Origin: Ministeria vibrans ATCC 50519
Lineage: Eukaryota; Protista; Filasterea
Direction of reading: 5' to 3'
DNA length: 41,996 nt
Assembly (NCBI GenBank): GCA_943704425.1
Contig: CALSCP010002358.1
Location: 42,797-84,792 of the forward strand
Positions 41,985-41,996 of this stretch are shown here, in pieces. Below the pieces are notes generated by a model that saw only the letters and a list, made by a program, of their open reading frames with translations, did not search any database and was not told the DNA's origin. Numbering within the stretch: the first letter of the stretch is position 1; each line of letters opens with the position of its first letter. The position numbers and the translations under genes were made by a program.

Positions 41985-41996
41985 CTACACAACCAA

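Overview
Gene-dense, intron-rich eukaryotic DNA in the standard code, with GT-AG introns and many (GA)n/(GT)n/(AAT)n tracts. It probably comes from a unicellular non-metazoan, plausibly holozoan/choanoflagellate-like. This is an inference: an MNK-type kinase and a proteolipid-like domain occur together with a lumazine synthase, which animals lack. Genes in order: ankyrin-repeat protein with a spliced C-terminal membrane anchor (+), DDX27/Drs1 helicase (-), Sec61-beta (-), a Vps62-domain protein fused to a myelin proteolipid (PLP/M6)-like 4-TM domain (-), two paralogous small secreted proteins of unknown family (-), an APC amino-acid permease (-), an SGNH hydrolase-granulin fusion (-), lumazine synthase (+), Gep4-like PGP phosphatase (-), and Rab geranylgeranyltransferase beta (+). 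The third intron of the RabGGT gene appears to be 9.15 kb long and to contain antisense Trm3/TARBP1, endoglycoceramidase and a 5'-truncated sialidase; this is either true nesting or a mis-join at (GA)n. After it come two GT32 glycosyltransferases (-) and the 3' end of an MNK kinase (-). There are two 10-N gaps and a ~160-200 bp dispersed direct repeat. Exon boundaries were read by eye and family calls rest on remembered motifs; no database search was run.
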